A stretch of 64,000 nt of DNA, taken from assembly GCA_963795855.1 (NCBI GenBank), contig CAWCIZ010000003.1:736001-800000 (forward strand). Direction: 5' to 3'. Both the position numbers and the translations under genes were made by a program. The DNA comes from Vulcanimicrobiota bacterium. Its GTDB lineage: Bacteria; Vulcanimicrobiota; Vulcanimicrobiia; Vulcanimicrobiales; Vulcanimicrobiaceae. Of the stretch, positions 1 to 10,327 are shown in pieces (the stretch's first letter is position 1; each line of letters begins with the position of its first letter). The notes under the pieces are model-generated. The model ran no database searches, was not told where the DNA came from, and was given only the letters and a program-made list of their open reading frames with translations.

Positions 1-1
1 C

Positions 2-721
2 GCGCACGCCTTCGTCTTCGACGTGAAAACCGGCCCCGGCGCAATGATGCGCGAGCGTCAGCAGGCACGCGAACTGGCCGACTGGCTCGTCGAGATCTCC
101 GCGCGTTTCGGCCGTCGCGCGACAGCGTTCGTGACCGACATGAGCCAGCCGCTCGGACATTCGATCGGTACGGGCATCGAAGTGATCGAAGCGCGCGAGT
201 TCTTGCGCGGCGGTGCGGATGCGCGAGTGCAGGAGTTGGTCTTCACCATCGCCGGAACGCTCGTCGCGGAATACGGAGAAGGCGATCCGCACGCGCTCGT
301 TCGCGATGCGCTGCAGAGCGGGCGCGCGTACGAGAAATTCCGCGAAATGATTGCCGCTCAAGGCGGCGACGTCGCGGCTTTCGAAGCGATGGGACTGGGC
401 GAGGCGCTCGAGATTCGCGCCGCGCAGGACGGCTACATCGCCGCGGTCGACGTCGTCGCGCTCGGCAATGCGGGCCGCGCGCTTTCGGAAAACGATCCGT
501 TCGGCGGCGTACAAGTGGCCGCGCGCATAGGCGACTACGTCGAACGTGGAGCGGTGCTGCTTCGCGCGTACGGACGAAGCGCTGCGCGCGCCGAGGCGCT
601 CGACGATGCGTTTAGCCTTTCCGCGGACGCGACGCAGCCGCCGCCTCTCATTTATGACACGGTGCGCAACGCGGTTACGAGCGCTCGATATCCGCTATCA
701 GGTACAGTGGGCGCGCTTTGA
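2..721 (+). CDS. pdp: Pyrimidine-nucleoside/thymidine phosphorylase, 5'-truncated by window edge
   Basis: Frame open from base 2: AFVFDVKTGPGAMM, TDMSQPLGHSIG, MIAAQGGD and GDYVERG match PyNP motifs (DVKxGxGAFM, TxMxQPLG, AQGG). Confidence 0.9.
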   Translation, partial: AHAFVFDVKTGPGAMMRERQQARELADWLVEISARFGRRATAFVTDMSQPLGHSIGTGIEVIEAREFLRGGADARVQELVFTIAGTLVAEYGEGDPHALVRDALQSGRAYEKFREMIAAQGGDVAAFEAMGLGEALEIRAAQDGYIAAVDVVALGNAGRALSENDPFGGVQVAARIGDYVERGAVLLRAYGRSAARAEALDDAFSLSADATQPPPLIYDTVRNAVTSARYPLSGTVGAL

Positions 722-1637
722 CTTCGTCGTAAATGCGTCCGATGTATTCGCCTAAAATGCCGATGCCGATCAGTTGCACGCCGCCCAGGAACAAGATCAC
801 GACCATGGTCGATGCCCAGCCGCGCGCGTATTCGGGCGTGCCGAGACGGAACAGCCGCGCGATGATGATTACGACCGCATAGATGAACGCGGCGGTGCTC
901 GCCGTGAAACCGAGATACGATGCAAAACGAAGCGGCACGTCGGAGAACGACGTTATGCCGTCGATCGCGAATTTGAGCATTTTCGAGACGGGATATTTGG
1001 TCGTGCCGGAGAGGCGTTCTTCGCGGTCGTACTCGACGCCGATCTGGTTGTAGCCCACCCAACTGACCATGCCGCGCAAAAAGCGGTGGCGTTCGCGCGA
1101 TCGCTTGAGCGACTCGACGACGCGCCGGCTCATCAACCGGAAATCACCGGTATCCAGTGGAATGGAGACGTTCGTCAGCCGCTTGATGATGCGGTAGAAC
1201 AGACCGGCAGTGAAAAGTTTGAAGGCGCTCTCGCCTTTGCGCGTGCGCCGCACGGCGTATACGACGTCGTAGCCGGCGCGAAAGCGATCGATGAAGTGTT
1301 CGATGAGTTCGGGCGGATCTTGCAAGTCGCCGTCCATCAGCACGACCGCGCGCCCTTGCGCAATATCGAGGCCGGCGGTCGCCGCGATTTGGTGCCCGAA
1401 ATTACGTGAGAGGTTCACGAGCACGATGTTGCGCCGGCGCTGCATCTCTTGACGAACGGTCGCGAGCGTGCGGTCGCGGCTTCCGTCGTTCACGATAACG
1501 ATTTCGTAAGCGCCGATACCGGGCAGCCGTTCGACGATGCCGCCGATGCGCTCGAGCAACGCCGCGACGTTGCCCTCCTCATTATACAAAGGGACGACGA
1601 TGCTCAAGTCGATCGCACGCTCGGCGGTGGCGGCCAT
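675..1637 (-). CDS. GtrB/YkcC-like GT2 polyprenol-phosphate glycosyltransferase with two C-terminal TM helices
   Basis: SIVVPLYNEE, NDGSRD, SRNFGHQIA, MDGDLQDPPE, DTGDFRLMSR, GEYIGRIYDEVKARPLY. Confidence 0.92.
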   Translation of the reverse strand: MAATAERAIDLSIVVPLYNEEGNVAALLERIGGIVERLPGIGAYEIVIVNDGSRDRTLATVRQEMQRRRNIVLVNLSRNFGHQIAATAGLDIAQGRAVVLMDGDLQDPPELIEHFIDRFRAGYDVVYAVRRTRKGESAFKLFTAGLFYRIIKRLTNVSIPLDTGDFRLMSRRVVESLKRSRERHRFLRGMVSWVGYNQIGVEYDREERLSGTTKYPVSKMLKFAIDGITSFSDVPLRFASYLGFTASTAAFIYAVVIIIARLFRLGTPEYARGWASTMVVILFLGGVQLIGIGILGEYIGRIYDEVKARPLYLIADIERS

Positions 1638-1726
1638 GCGGCGGCACGTTCAATTGCGTAAAGAGTCTTGCCTTCGCGCAGGAAGGGAACGGCGCGGCGT
1701 GAGAGGAGCGTTCCCTACAAACAGTC

Positions 1727-2386
1727 ATGAAAAAGTCGGGCGGCGTCGCCGCGCTCATCGGCGTCTTGGTCCTCGTGTGCGGCGTGGTCGCATGGGAGTG
1801 GTACGCGCATGTCGGCGAGCGGCGTGCGCCGCAGCCGGTTCGGGAAATCACGGCGGCGACGCCGGTCCCGACGGCAGCACCGAGTGGGTCGCCCGGGCCG
1901 GTCGTCTACGTGCCGCAGACGCAGCCGGCCTCATCAACTGCGCCCTCGGCCGCGCCGGCCAATCAGACGGGGGCGTCCGCCGCACCGCAAAACTCGCCCG
2001 CGCCGTATACGACGGGCAGCGCACAAGTCACTCAGCCCCCGATGGTTGCCGCCACGCTTGCGCCGCATGTGGTCGTCGTCAAGCCGATTTTGGAAGCGCC
2101 GAACGCGCCGCCGCGCATTCTGGCGATGTCGCTCAGCACGCCCGTTGCGCGCAGCGGTCAAGTGGTCTCCGGAACCGTCGAGACGAGTTCGAACGTTGCC
2201 AGCGTGGAGGCGCGTATCGCCGGATACTCCTCGGCAATGCACAAAGTGGGTGTCGGCCGCTTTGCGATGACGTATCGAGTGCCGTACTTGCCGTTCTTTT
2301 TACACCGCACGTATACGATCGAAGTGATCGCGCGAAATACACGCGGCGACGCCGTTCGCAGTGCGGTCCCGATCACGATTAGGTAA
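1727..2386 (+). CDS. Membrane-anchored hypothetical protein, Pro/Ala/Thr linker plus ~90-aa beta-rich C-terminal domain
   Basis: N-terminal hydrophobic helix; C-terminal domain is paralogous to that of the next gene (VSGTVxTSxNVAxVE, PFFLxRTYT). Confidence 0.8.
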   Translation: MKKSGGVAALIGVLVLVCGVVAWEWYAHVGERRAPQPVREITAATPVPTAAPSGSPGPVVYVPQTQPASSTAPSAAPANQTGASAAPQNSPAPYTTGSAQVTQPPMVAATLAPHVVVVKPILEAPNAPPRILAMSLSTPVARSGQVVSGTVETSSNVASVEARIAGYSSAMHKVGVGRFAMTYRVPYLPFFLHRTYTIEVIARNTRGDAVRSAVPITIR

Positions 2387-2388
2387 GG

Positions 2389-2866
2389 ATGCTGAAACCG
2401 TTTTTCGCGAGCGTCGCGCTTGCGGCCGCTGCGCTGCTATTCGCGCCCTCAACCGTCACCGCACAACAGACGCCGCTGCCGTCCGCAACACCCTCAGCAG
2501 CGCCGTCGATTTCGCCGTCGCCGACGCCAACGCCATTACCGAGTGCGACGCCGCTGCCTACTCCGCTCGCGCTTCCACCGGATGCGCCGCCGCAGATTCT
2601 CGCGGTGGAGGTGAGCGATCCCGTTTTTCACAGCGGCGAAACGGTTTCGGGAACCGTGATTACCTCCACGAACGTCGCCGCGGTCGAAGTGCGTTTGGCC
2701 GGACACAGCATCCAGCTCTCACGCACCGATTACGGCGTGTTTCAAATGGAGCTACACCATCCCGCACGTGCCGTTTTTTCTGCGCAGGACCTACACGGCG
2801 CAAGTCGTCGCAAGCACGCCCGGGGGCGTGACCGCCGAGCGCGACCTCACGATCTCATTTCGGTAA
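2389..2866 (+). CDS. Secreted hypothetical protein, tandem paralog of preceding gene (one-base frameshift near 2749)
   Basis: Signal peptide and PT/PS linker; removing one G near 2749 gives FQMSYTIPHVPFFLRRTYTAQVVASTPGGVTAERDLTISFR*, which aligns with the paralog C-terminus. Confidence 0.78.
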
Positions 2867-3659
2867 CGACGTATGTATCGGCCCCGGCGGCGGGGTCGGC
2901 AGATTCGGGAACGGCGCCGGATTGTACGGCGTCGGCATAGTTTGCGGGACGGGCATCGTTCCCGCCGCGGTTTCATCGCCCCAGCGCGAGACCGTGCGCG
3001 TAAACGCCTGCACGTCGGAGTCGCCGATGCAGAGCAAGTAGGGCTGCTGCTCGATGCCGTTCTCGCCGACTTGCACCGATTGCGTCGAGCCGCGATCGAA
3101 GAGCACGTGCATGACCGTACCCGAATTCAGCCGCATGACGGTTCGATAATGCAGCGCGTCGATGCGATCGAGTTTATATGCCTGCGGATTCCACCCGCTT
3201 TGATCGGTCGTCATGTATACGTTGTTCGTGACGCCGGTCGTCGGCGGAACTTGCACGGTAACGGCAACCAGCACGCTCTTGCCCGCAACCGTTCGGGAAC
3301 ACAGCCCGGGATTCGGCTTCGGCGCCAGTTCCGGATTGGGCTGGGCGGGCGAGAGTGCGATTGCGAAGCGATGAACGGAATCCAGATCGCCTTCGGGCGG
3401 CAGCTTCTTGAGCGAAACCTCGATCTTCGTCACCGTTCCGTCGGCCGCGAACGTGACGCGCGCGTAACGCGGCGGCACCGCCGGACCGTTCACGATTACG
3501 ACGTTCGGCGCGACTTTGAACCCGTCGCCCGTCGTGAAGAAGACGTAGCCCTTTTCGTAATCCAAAATCTGCGCCGTCACGACGGGGCCGGTTGCGGCGG
3601 TTGCCGCAATGCACAACACGAGCGTGCCGAGCGCAAACGAAGCGCAGAAACTTTTTCAT
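2855..3659 (-). CDS. Secreted protein with CBM20-like (starch-binding-type) domain (frameshift near 3645)
   Basis: ATG at 3659 overlaps the upstream stop (TGATG); VTVQVPPTT..VYMT..GWNP..LDRID..RGS..TVSRWGD resembles the CBM20 pattern; Pro-rich tail. Confidence 0.6.
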
Positions 3660-5495
3660 CACTGCAACACCTGGATGACGAACTCGGGACTCCAGCCCCG
3701 GCTGCCGAAATTGAAGTAGTACGCGCGCGAGAAATCGATCGACGTGTGCGGGTTTATCCGCACGCGCAGGTCGGCGGTCACGTCGTACGGCGGCTCGCCC
3801 AGATAGTACTGCCCCCAAATGGGATTGCCGACCACGTCGAGCGGCGGCGGCGAAAAGTAGTTCGGAATCGGCTTCGGAAAGTCGTCGTGCCTGCGCGCGA
3901 GGATCGAGGCTGAGACATTGCCGCCGTTCGTGTACGTGACGTCGAGCGAGAGATCGCGAAACGTCGCCATGCCTTGGAATGCGGCGTAGCCGGGATACGC
4001 AACGCCATTGACGACCGGAACGAAGGGCCGGTACACCAGCGGCTGCAGAGCTGCCGTAGTAGTCGCCGAGATTTTCGACGTCGTAGCCCAAGAATGAGAT
4101 GAAATGCGAGTCGAACATCTTGCTCAGCGAAGCGCGCGTCGTCGTGGTGTCGACGTGATGCGGGCTCGAATACCACTGGCGGTTTTTTTCGAACGATAGG
4201 TTGAGATAGTAGTTCTTCGTTTCGACGTAGCTGTTTCCGAGTTTGAACGAGGGGACGTAGGCGACGAAGTCGAGGTTGTGGTTCCAAATCGTCGTGTACG
4301 GCGCGCCCTGCAAGAACTGAAGCCCCTTGCTGTCGTGCACGTAGCCGATACCGTATTCGAAGTGCTCGTAGACCGGCGTGTGCCCGATGCGGTGGTCGAA
4401 CGTTTGCGCGCTGAGCGTCATCTGGTACGGGTGGTCGATCAGGGAGCCGATGCCGTGGTAAACGCCCGGCGGCAGCAGCGAAAAATTCGTGTCCTGCACG
4501 CCGAGCTGCAGAAACGAGCGCGGCAAAGCTTTCGTCGCTTGCAGAATCGTATACTGGCCGGCCGCATCCGGCTGCGAGAGCCAGTGCTGATTCGTGGCAA
4601 GTTGCGTGAACGTGCGCACCTGGAACGTCGGCGAAGGCTGATCCGACAAAATCAAGTTCCAAAACTTTTGCGGACGCGTCATGGGGTTGACGGAAAAGAC
4701 CGCGTAAGCTTTGCTGCCGCTGACGTGCTGCTCGAACGACAAGTACGTTTTGTTGACGGTGTCGTACCGGAAATGCAGCGCGCTGATTGCGTTCGCGCTG
4801 CCGGCCAGTTCCCATGTTGCATCGTAGTTCGCGCCGGAGAGCGAGTTCTCGCCGAGGTGACGATCCGTCGAGAAGTTGACGTAATACGACGGCGTCGGAA
4901 CGTACGCGCCGAGCCCGTTCGCGATGTCGATTCGGTTTCCGGCGAAGCGCACGAACGAACGCGCGCCGACTGTCGCGCTATCGCCGGTCAAGAAGGGCTT
5001 CGCGTCACCCAAGTCCGGAAAGAAAAACGTATCGCCGGGCATTTCGCGGCCCTTTACAGGGTGCGCGAAATCGCCGTTGAGGAACGTCCAGCGATCAGGC
5101 TCCGTCGTGATCGGCACGAAATAGATGCGGTTGAAATCCAGAAAATCCGCGAGCGCCGCTCCGTCTTGCGATCCCGAGGGATCCTGCACGTGCACGTGTC
5201 CCGCAAGTACGAAGCGATTGAGCTTTAGATCCATCGAAAACGCGTCGCCGTCCATCGTCATGCCGTCGCTGGTCGTGACGCGCACGTTCCCCTCCGCTTC
5301 CAGCAGAAAGCGATCGTAATAAAAGTTCACGTTTTTCGCATTCACGGCGATGATCGTTTGCGCGCGCGCATTGGCACAACACAGGAGCGCTGCGGCGAAA
5401 AGCGCCGCAAGGAACGCAGCGGATTTGGTGAGCAGAAGTCGAGGCCTCCGGATTGCCTGCAGGCGATTCGCGGCGCGTGAGTGCGTGCCTTGCAT
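3659..5495 (-). CDS. LptD/OstA-like outer-membrane protein (frameshift near 4050)
   Basis: Signal peptide ending ANARA-Q; N-terminal LEAEGNVRV..MDGDAFSMDLKLNRFVLAGHVHV is OstA beta-jellyroll-like; remainder has aromatic amphipathic beta strands; ORFs 3174..5558 and 3659..4036 join across one extra base. Confidence 0.6.
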
Positions 5496-5585
5496 CCTGT
5501 ACGAAACGTAAACAATCCAGCGTTCGTTGGAGACTTTCTGAAGGAAGGCCAGTTCCATGCGGGTTTCGAAAACGCGGGTTCTTAG

Positions 5586-6716
5586 ATGACCCGATTTGTG
5601 ACAATCGTTCTCGATTCGGGGGGTGTGGGCGCGTTACCGGATGCGAACGCCTACGGCGACTCGCCGGGCGCTAACACCCTCGGAAACGTAGCACGCCGCG
5701 TCGGCGGTTTGCATCTTCCCAATTTCGAGCGCCTCGGGCTGGGCCGCTTGACCGATTTGGCCGGCGTTGCTCCGGCGGCCGAACCCGCGGCCCGGGTGGC
5801 GCGTCTGCGGGAACGGAGCAAAGGCAAAGACACGATCACGGGCCATTGGGAGATGGCAGGGATCGTCACGGAAGTCCCCTTCCCTACGTATCCAAACGGC
5901 TTCCCCGCCGAAGTCGTCGACGAGTTCGCGGCGATTACCGGCAAAACGCCGCTGGGCAACAAAACCGCATCCGGCACCGAAATCATCGAGGAGCTCGGGC
6001 CCGAGCACGTCGCGAGCGGGAGGCCGATCCTTTACACGTCGGCGGATTCCGTCTTTCAAGTCGCATGTCACGAAGAGGTCGTTCCGCTCGAGCGCCTGTA
6101 CGACTGGTGCGAACGCGCGCGCGCAATGCTTGTAGGACCGAATGCGGTCAATCGGGTGATCGCCCGCCCGTTCGTGGGGTCGCCGGGCGCTTTCGTTCGT
6201 ACGGCAAACCGTCGCGATTACGCGATCGAGCCCCCGGCCAGCATCCTCGACCAGCTGGCGGGCAAGGGCGTCCCCATTCACGCGGTCGGTAAAATTTGCG
6301 ATATCTATTGTGGTCACGGAATCGCGAGTTCCGTCCGTGTGGCCGACAATCAAGATGCTATGCACAAGGCGTTCGATTTGCTCGAGCGCGTCGAGCAGGG
6401 ATTTATTTTCGTGAATCTCAACGATTTCGACTCGAAATACGGCCACCGGCGCAACGTCCGCGGATACGCCGGCGCGCTCGAAGCGCTCGATGCGCTCCTC
6501 CCGCGGTTGGAGTCGCTGCTGCGCAGCGGCGACGAAGTCGTATTCACCGCGGATCACGGGTGCGACCCGACGGCACCCGGGAGCGATCACACGCGCGAGT
6601 TCGTCCCGTTCGTTCATCTGAGCGGTCGACCGGGCGAGGACCTCGGCGTGATCGAGGGCATGGATTACGTCGGAAAGACCGCCGTCGCGGCATTTGAACG
6701 GGTGTTATGCAAGTAG
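5586..6716 (+). CDS. deoB: Phosphopentomutase
   Basis: IVLDSGGVG, GKDTITGHWEMAG, YTSADSVFQ, RVIARPF, DSKYGHRR, TADHGCDPT, DHTREFVP. Confidence 0.97.
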   Translation: MTRFVTIVLDSGGVGALPDANAYGDSPGANTLGNVARRVGGLHLPNFERLGLGRLTDLAGVAPAAEPAARVARLRERSKGKDTITGHWEMAGIVTEVPFPTYPNGFPAEVVDEFAAITGKTPLGNKTASGTEIIEELGPEHVASGRPILYTSADSVFQVACHEEVVPLERLYDWCERARAMLVGPNAVNRVIARPFVGSPGAFVRTANRRDYAIEPPASILDQLAGKGVPIHAVGKICDIYCGHGIASSVRVADNQDAMHKAFDLLERVEQGFIFVNLNDFDSKYGHRRNVRGYAGALEALDALLPRLESLLRSGDEVVFTADHGCDPTAPGSDHTREFVPFVHLSGRPGEDLGVIEGMDYVGKTAVAAFERVLCK

Positions 6717-7387
6717 TAAACGACGACGTCCGCATTATCGCGCTCGACGAATTCCGCCGGCTCGCCGGCGAGCGTGCCGTGCCGATGTCGTGGATTCTCG
6801 CGAAGCGCGCGTTCGACGTCATTGCCGGTGCGGCACTGACGATAGTTGCGCTGCCGATCATCTTGATCGCATCGCTTGCAATCGTCGTCGTCGATCGCGG
6901 CGCTCCGTTCTACAGTCAAGAACGCATCGGTCTGAACGGCCGCCGGTTCCGCATGTTCAAACTTCGCACGATGGTCGAAGGCGCGCACGACATGCGCAGC
7001 GATCTCCTTCATCTCAACGAGTTGGACGGCCCGGTCTTCAAAATCAAGAATGACCCGCGTCTGCATCCGCTCGGTTCGTTTTTGCGCCGCACGAGCATCG
7101 ACGAGTTGCCGAACCTCTTCAACGTTTTGCGCGGCGACATGTCGCTGGTGGGTCCGCGGCCGCCGCTGCCCAGTGAAGTCGAGCATTACACGCCCTATGC
7201 CTTGCGCCGCCTCACGGTGCTGCCGGGTATCACGTGCCTTTGGCAAATCGGCGGGCGCTGCAGCGTTTCGTTCGACGACTGGATGCGGCTCGACAATGAA
7301 TATATCGACACGTGGTCGCCGCTGGGCGATCTCGCGATTCTCGCAAAGACGATTCCGGCGGTAGTCCGGAAGGACGGCGCGCATTAA
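6707..7387 (+). CDS. Priming sugar-phosphate transferase (Bac_transf family, small PGT)
   Basis: KRAFD, FKLRTM, DPR, FLRRTSIDELP, GDMSLVGPRP, PGITCLWQ; overlaps deoB end. Confidence 0.95.
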   Translation: MQVVNDDVRIIALDEFRRLAGERAVPMSWILAKRAFDVIAGAALTIVALPIILIASLAIVVVDRGAPFYSQERIGLNGRRFRMFKLRTMVEGAHDMRSDLLHLNELDGPVFKIKNDPRLHPLGSFLRRTSIDELPNLFNVLRGDMSLVGPRPPLPSEVEHYTPYALRRLTVLPGITCLWQIGGRCSVSFDDWMRLDNEYIDTWSPLGDLAILAKTIPAVVRKDGAH

Positions 7388-7460
7388 AGCAAATCTTCGG
7401 CTCGTCGAGTCGCCGAAACAGACGACTGGCGCTGCACTGGCGGGTTCGGCGCTCTTCGTC

Positions 7461-9005
7461 ATGGCGGCAACGCTCGGCTCGACGGTGCTCGGCTTTGCGC
7501 GCGAGGTCGTGAATGCGCGTTACTACGGTACGCAATGGGAAATGGATGCGTTTCTTGCCGCGGCCGTCATTCCGGTCATCCTCTTCGGGGTTTTCAACGG
7601 AGCGCTGCTGAGCGCCCTCGTTCCGACGTTTTCCATGTACATCGTGCACGGAAGCGACGACGAAGCATGGCGCCTCGCGAACACGATCATCAACGGCCTG
7701 TTCGTCGTGCTGACCGCGTGCGCGCTTCTGGGCTATTTGTTGGCGCCGTACTACGTACCGATGATCGCGCACGGTTTTCCGGCCGCGGAAATGGGCGTCA
7801 CGATCCGAATGACGCGCTGGCTGATGCCGAGCATCGTCGCGGTCAGTTTGTCCGGGGTGCTGAGCGCCATTCTCAACGCGCATCAGCGTTTTCGCACGGC
7901 AGCGCTTACCGGTGTTGCGCTCAACGCGGTCACTATCGGTTGCGTCATTCTGCTGCACCGCGACCTTGGCATTTACGCCGTCGTGCTGGGCACAGCGCTC
8001 GGGTTGTTTGCGCAGATGCTCGTTCAGGTGCCGGCGCTGCTGCTGACCGGACGATACCGCTTTACGCTCGACGTGCGTCATCCGGGTTTGCGGCGCATGT
8101 GGGACTTGCTCGGCCCAATCGTCATCGGCGGCGCCGCCGGACAGATCGCGCTTTTCTTCGATCGTTATTTTGCCTCGACGCTTTCTCCCGGCTACATGGC
8201 GGGAATGAATTACGCGACGAAACTCGTCAACTTCCCGCAGCAGATTTTCGCCGCGGCCATCGCAACCGTCATCTTTCCGCTGCTCGCCTCCCAGTTTGCG
8301 CGTGCAAACCGGAATGCGGTGGGCGAAAGCGTGACGCTGGGATTGCGGCTCGTGAACTGCATCACCATTCCGAGCGTCTGCGCCTTGATCGTGCTGGCAT
8401 ACCCGATGGTGCAGACGCTGTTCGAACGCGGCAACTTTCATACGACGTCGACCGAGCTCTGCGCCGGCTTGCTCCCGTATGCGGCGATCGGTCTGGTCGC
8501 GCTGGCAGCGAACGTCGTGCTCACGCGGTGCGCTTTCGCCTGTAAGGAAGTCAGTTGGACGGTCGGCATCAGCGTATTCACGGTCGTGGTAAACGTCATG
8601 CTCTCGCTGTTGTGGCTGCCGTCGCTCGGCGCGCGCGGTTTGCTCCTGGCGAATTCGGTCAGTCAGTCGATGCAGGCGGTCATGCTGCTCGCGCTCGTCG
8701 GCCGCATCGTGCCGCGGCTGAACTGGCGCGTCCTGGGCATCTCGGCGCTGAAGGTTTGCATCAGTTCCGCCGTCATGGTTGGAGCGCTGCATTGGATCGC
8801 GGCGCTCGGCGTGCATCCCGCGGAATCGTTCGTTTCGCGAGCGTGGTTCTTGTTCGGGCAAATGGCCATCGGCGCGCTGGCCTTTATCGCGGCGGCGCGT
8901 GTGCTCGACGTCGAAGAAGTCACGCTTGTCGCGCAACTGATCGTGCAAAAGTTTGAACGCAACTTGCCCAGCCCGCCCGAGAATCGGGAGGCGCCGATCG
9001 CGTGA
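7461..9005 (+). CDS. murJ: MurJ/MviN-family lipid-linked glycan flippase (true start may be upstream, near 7383)
   Basis: LGFAREVV, DAFLAA, GALLSALVP, DRYFAS, YATKLVNFPQQIF, LFERGNF; many TM helices. Confidence 0.85.
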   Translation: MAATLGSTVLGFAREVVNARYYGTQWEMDAFLAAAVIPVILFGVFNGALLSALVPTFSMYIVHGSDDEAWRLANTIINGLFVVLTACALLGYLLAPYYVPMIAHGFPAAEMGVTIRMTRWLMPSIVAVSLSGVLSAILNAHQRFRTAALTGVALNAVTIGCVILLHRDLGIYAVVLGTALGLFAQMLVQVPALLLTGRYRFTLDVRHPGLRRMWDLLGPIVIGGAAGQIALFFDRYFASTLSPGYMAGMNYATKLVNFPQQIFAAAIATVIFPLLASQFARANRNAVGESVTLGLRLVNCITIPSVCALIVLAYPMVQTLFERGNFHTTSTELCAGLLPYAAIGLVALAANVVLTRCAFACKEVSWTVGISVFTVVVNVMLSLLWLPSLGARGLLLANSVSQSMQAVMLLALVGRIVPRLNWRVLGISALKVCISSAVMVGALHWIAALGVHPAESFVSRAWFLFGQMAIGALAFIAAARVLDVEEVTLVAQLIVQKFERNLPSPPENREAPIA

Positions 9006-10327
9006 TGGCTGCCGCAGTACCGTCCGTCGAACGCTTTGCCCAGCCGGTGCGCCGCGCGCTTCAAGGCGACTTCATGCGCCACGGCGCGCTGGTTTTCGGC
9101 GCGACGATGGCCGGAAACGTGTTGAACTATCTGTTCAATTTCGCTTTGAGCCGCCGCCTTGGCGTTGAAGGCTTTGCCACGCTTTCTTCGCTCGTCAGCT
9201 TCATCATGGTGTTCTCGATACCGGCGTCGATTCTGACGCTGATCGTCGTGAAGTACACCGCGACGTTCCACGCCGCCGATGATTCCCAGCGAGTCCGGCG
9301 TCTTTCGCAAGTACTGCTGAAGTGGACGAGCATCGCCGCGGTCATCGCTTTCGGAATCGGCGTTTCGCTCAGCGGCGAGGTTTCGGGCTTCCTTCGCATT
9401 CCGCGCGATGCTGCCGTACCGCTGTGCTTGGCGATCTTGGCGCTGAGCTTCATCACGCCGAGCGTTCGCGCGATTCTGCAAGGCGAGCAAGACTTCGTGC
9501 GCTACTCCATCTCGATGGTGCTGGAGATCTTCCTCAAAGTGCTGATGGCGGTGGCGCTGGTGTACGGCGGATTCGGCGTCACCGGCGCGATGTTCGGCTG
9601 GCTCGGCGGCATCGTCATCGCGCTCGCATACACCGTTTGGGCGGTTATGCGCAAACACGGATCCGTTCCGGGCAAAGACGTGCATCTTTCGCTGGATGTG
9701 CGCCGCCTCGTTCGAACAAGTGCCGGCGTCGGATTGGCCAGCGCGCTGCTGATCGTGCTGAGTTTCATGGACGTCATGCTCGTCAAGCATTACTTCGATC
9801 CGCATCAAGCGGGGCTGTACGCGGCCGTGAATTTGACCGGCAAGGTCGTGCTGTTTCTCGCGGGATTCGTTCCGGCCGTCGTGCTGCCCAAGGCTATCGC
9901 GAAGACTACGCGCGGCGAAAATGCGCTTCCGATGCTGCTGCAAGCGATGGCCGTTACTATTTCGCTGTCCGGAGCGGCAGCATGCGTGTTCGGCGCGCTG
10001 TCATACGCCGTCGTGCGGGTCATAGCGGGCCACGACTTCGTCTCGGCTGCGCCGTACGTGTTTCAATACGACGTTGCGATGGCGCTGCTCGCCATCGTGA
10101 CGGTGCTGGTGAACTACCGGATCGGTATTCACCGCTTCGACTTCCTCTACGGGCTGGTAGCCGTTCTCGTCTTCGAAGTCGGCTCCATCGTGGCATTCCA
10201 CAACTCACTCTGGGATGTGATTCACATCCTGCTCTTCGGAAATGCGCTTGCGATCGGTGCGTGCTGCCTCGGCTTGGGGCGGCGCGGCACAGTCCCCACG
10301 GCGCACGGGGTTCCCGAACATGCTTAG
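9002..10327 (+). CDS. Wzx-like oligosaccharide flippase
   Basis: About 12 TM segments; NVLNYLFNFALSRRLG, DVMLVKHYF, AGLYAAV typical of Polysacc_synt proteins. Confidence 0.88.
   Translation: MMAAAVPSVERFAQPVRRALQGDFMRHGALVFGATMAGNVLNYLFNFALSRRLGVEGFATLSSLVSFIMVFSIPASILTLIVVKYTATFHAADDSQRVRRLSQVLLKWTSIAAVIAFGIGVSLSGEVSGFLRIPRDAAVPLCLAILALSFITPSVRAILQGEQDFVRYSISMVLEIFLKVLMAVALVYGGFGVTGAMFGWLGGIVIALAYTVWAVMRKHGSVPGKDVHLSLDVRRLVRTSAGVGLASALLIVLSFMDVMLVKHYFDPHQAGLYAAVNLTGKVVLFLAGFVPAVVLPKAIAKTTRGENALPMLLQAMAVTISLSGAAACVFGALSYAVVRVIAGHDFVSAAPYVFQYDVAMALLAIVTVLVNYRIGIHRFDFLYGLVAVLVFEVGSIVAFHNSLWDVIHILLFGNALAIGACCLGLGRRGTVPTAHGVPEHA

Noticed and set aside
2470..2590. Tandem DNA repeat
   Set aside because: Degenerate codons for a Pro/Thr/Ser linker, not a nucleotide-level repeat.
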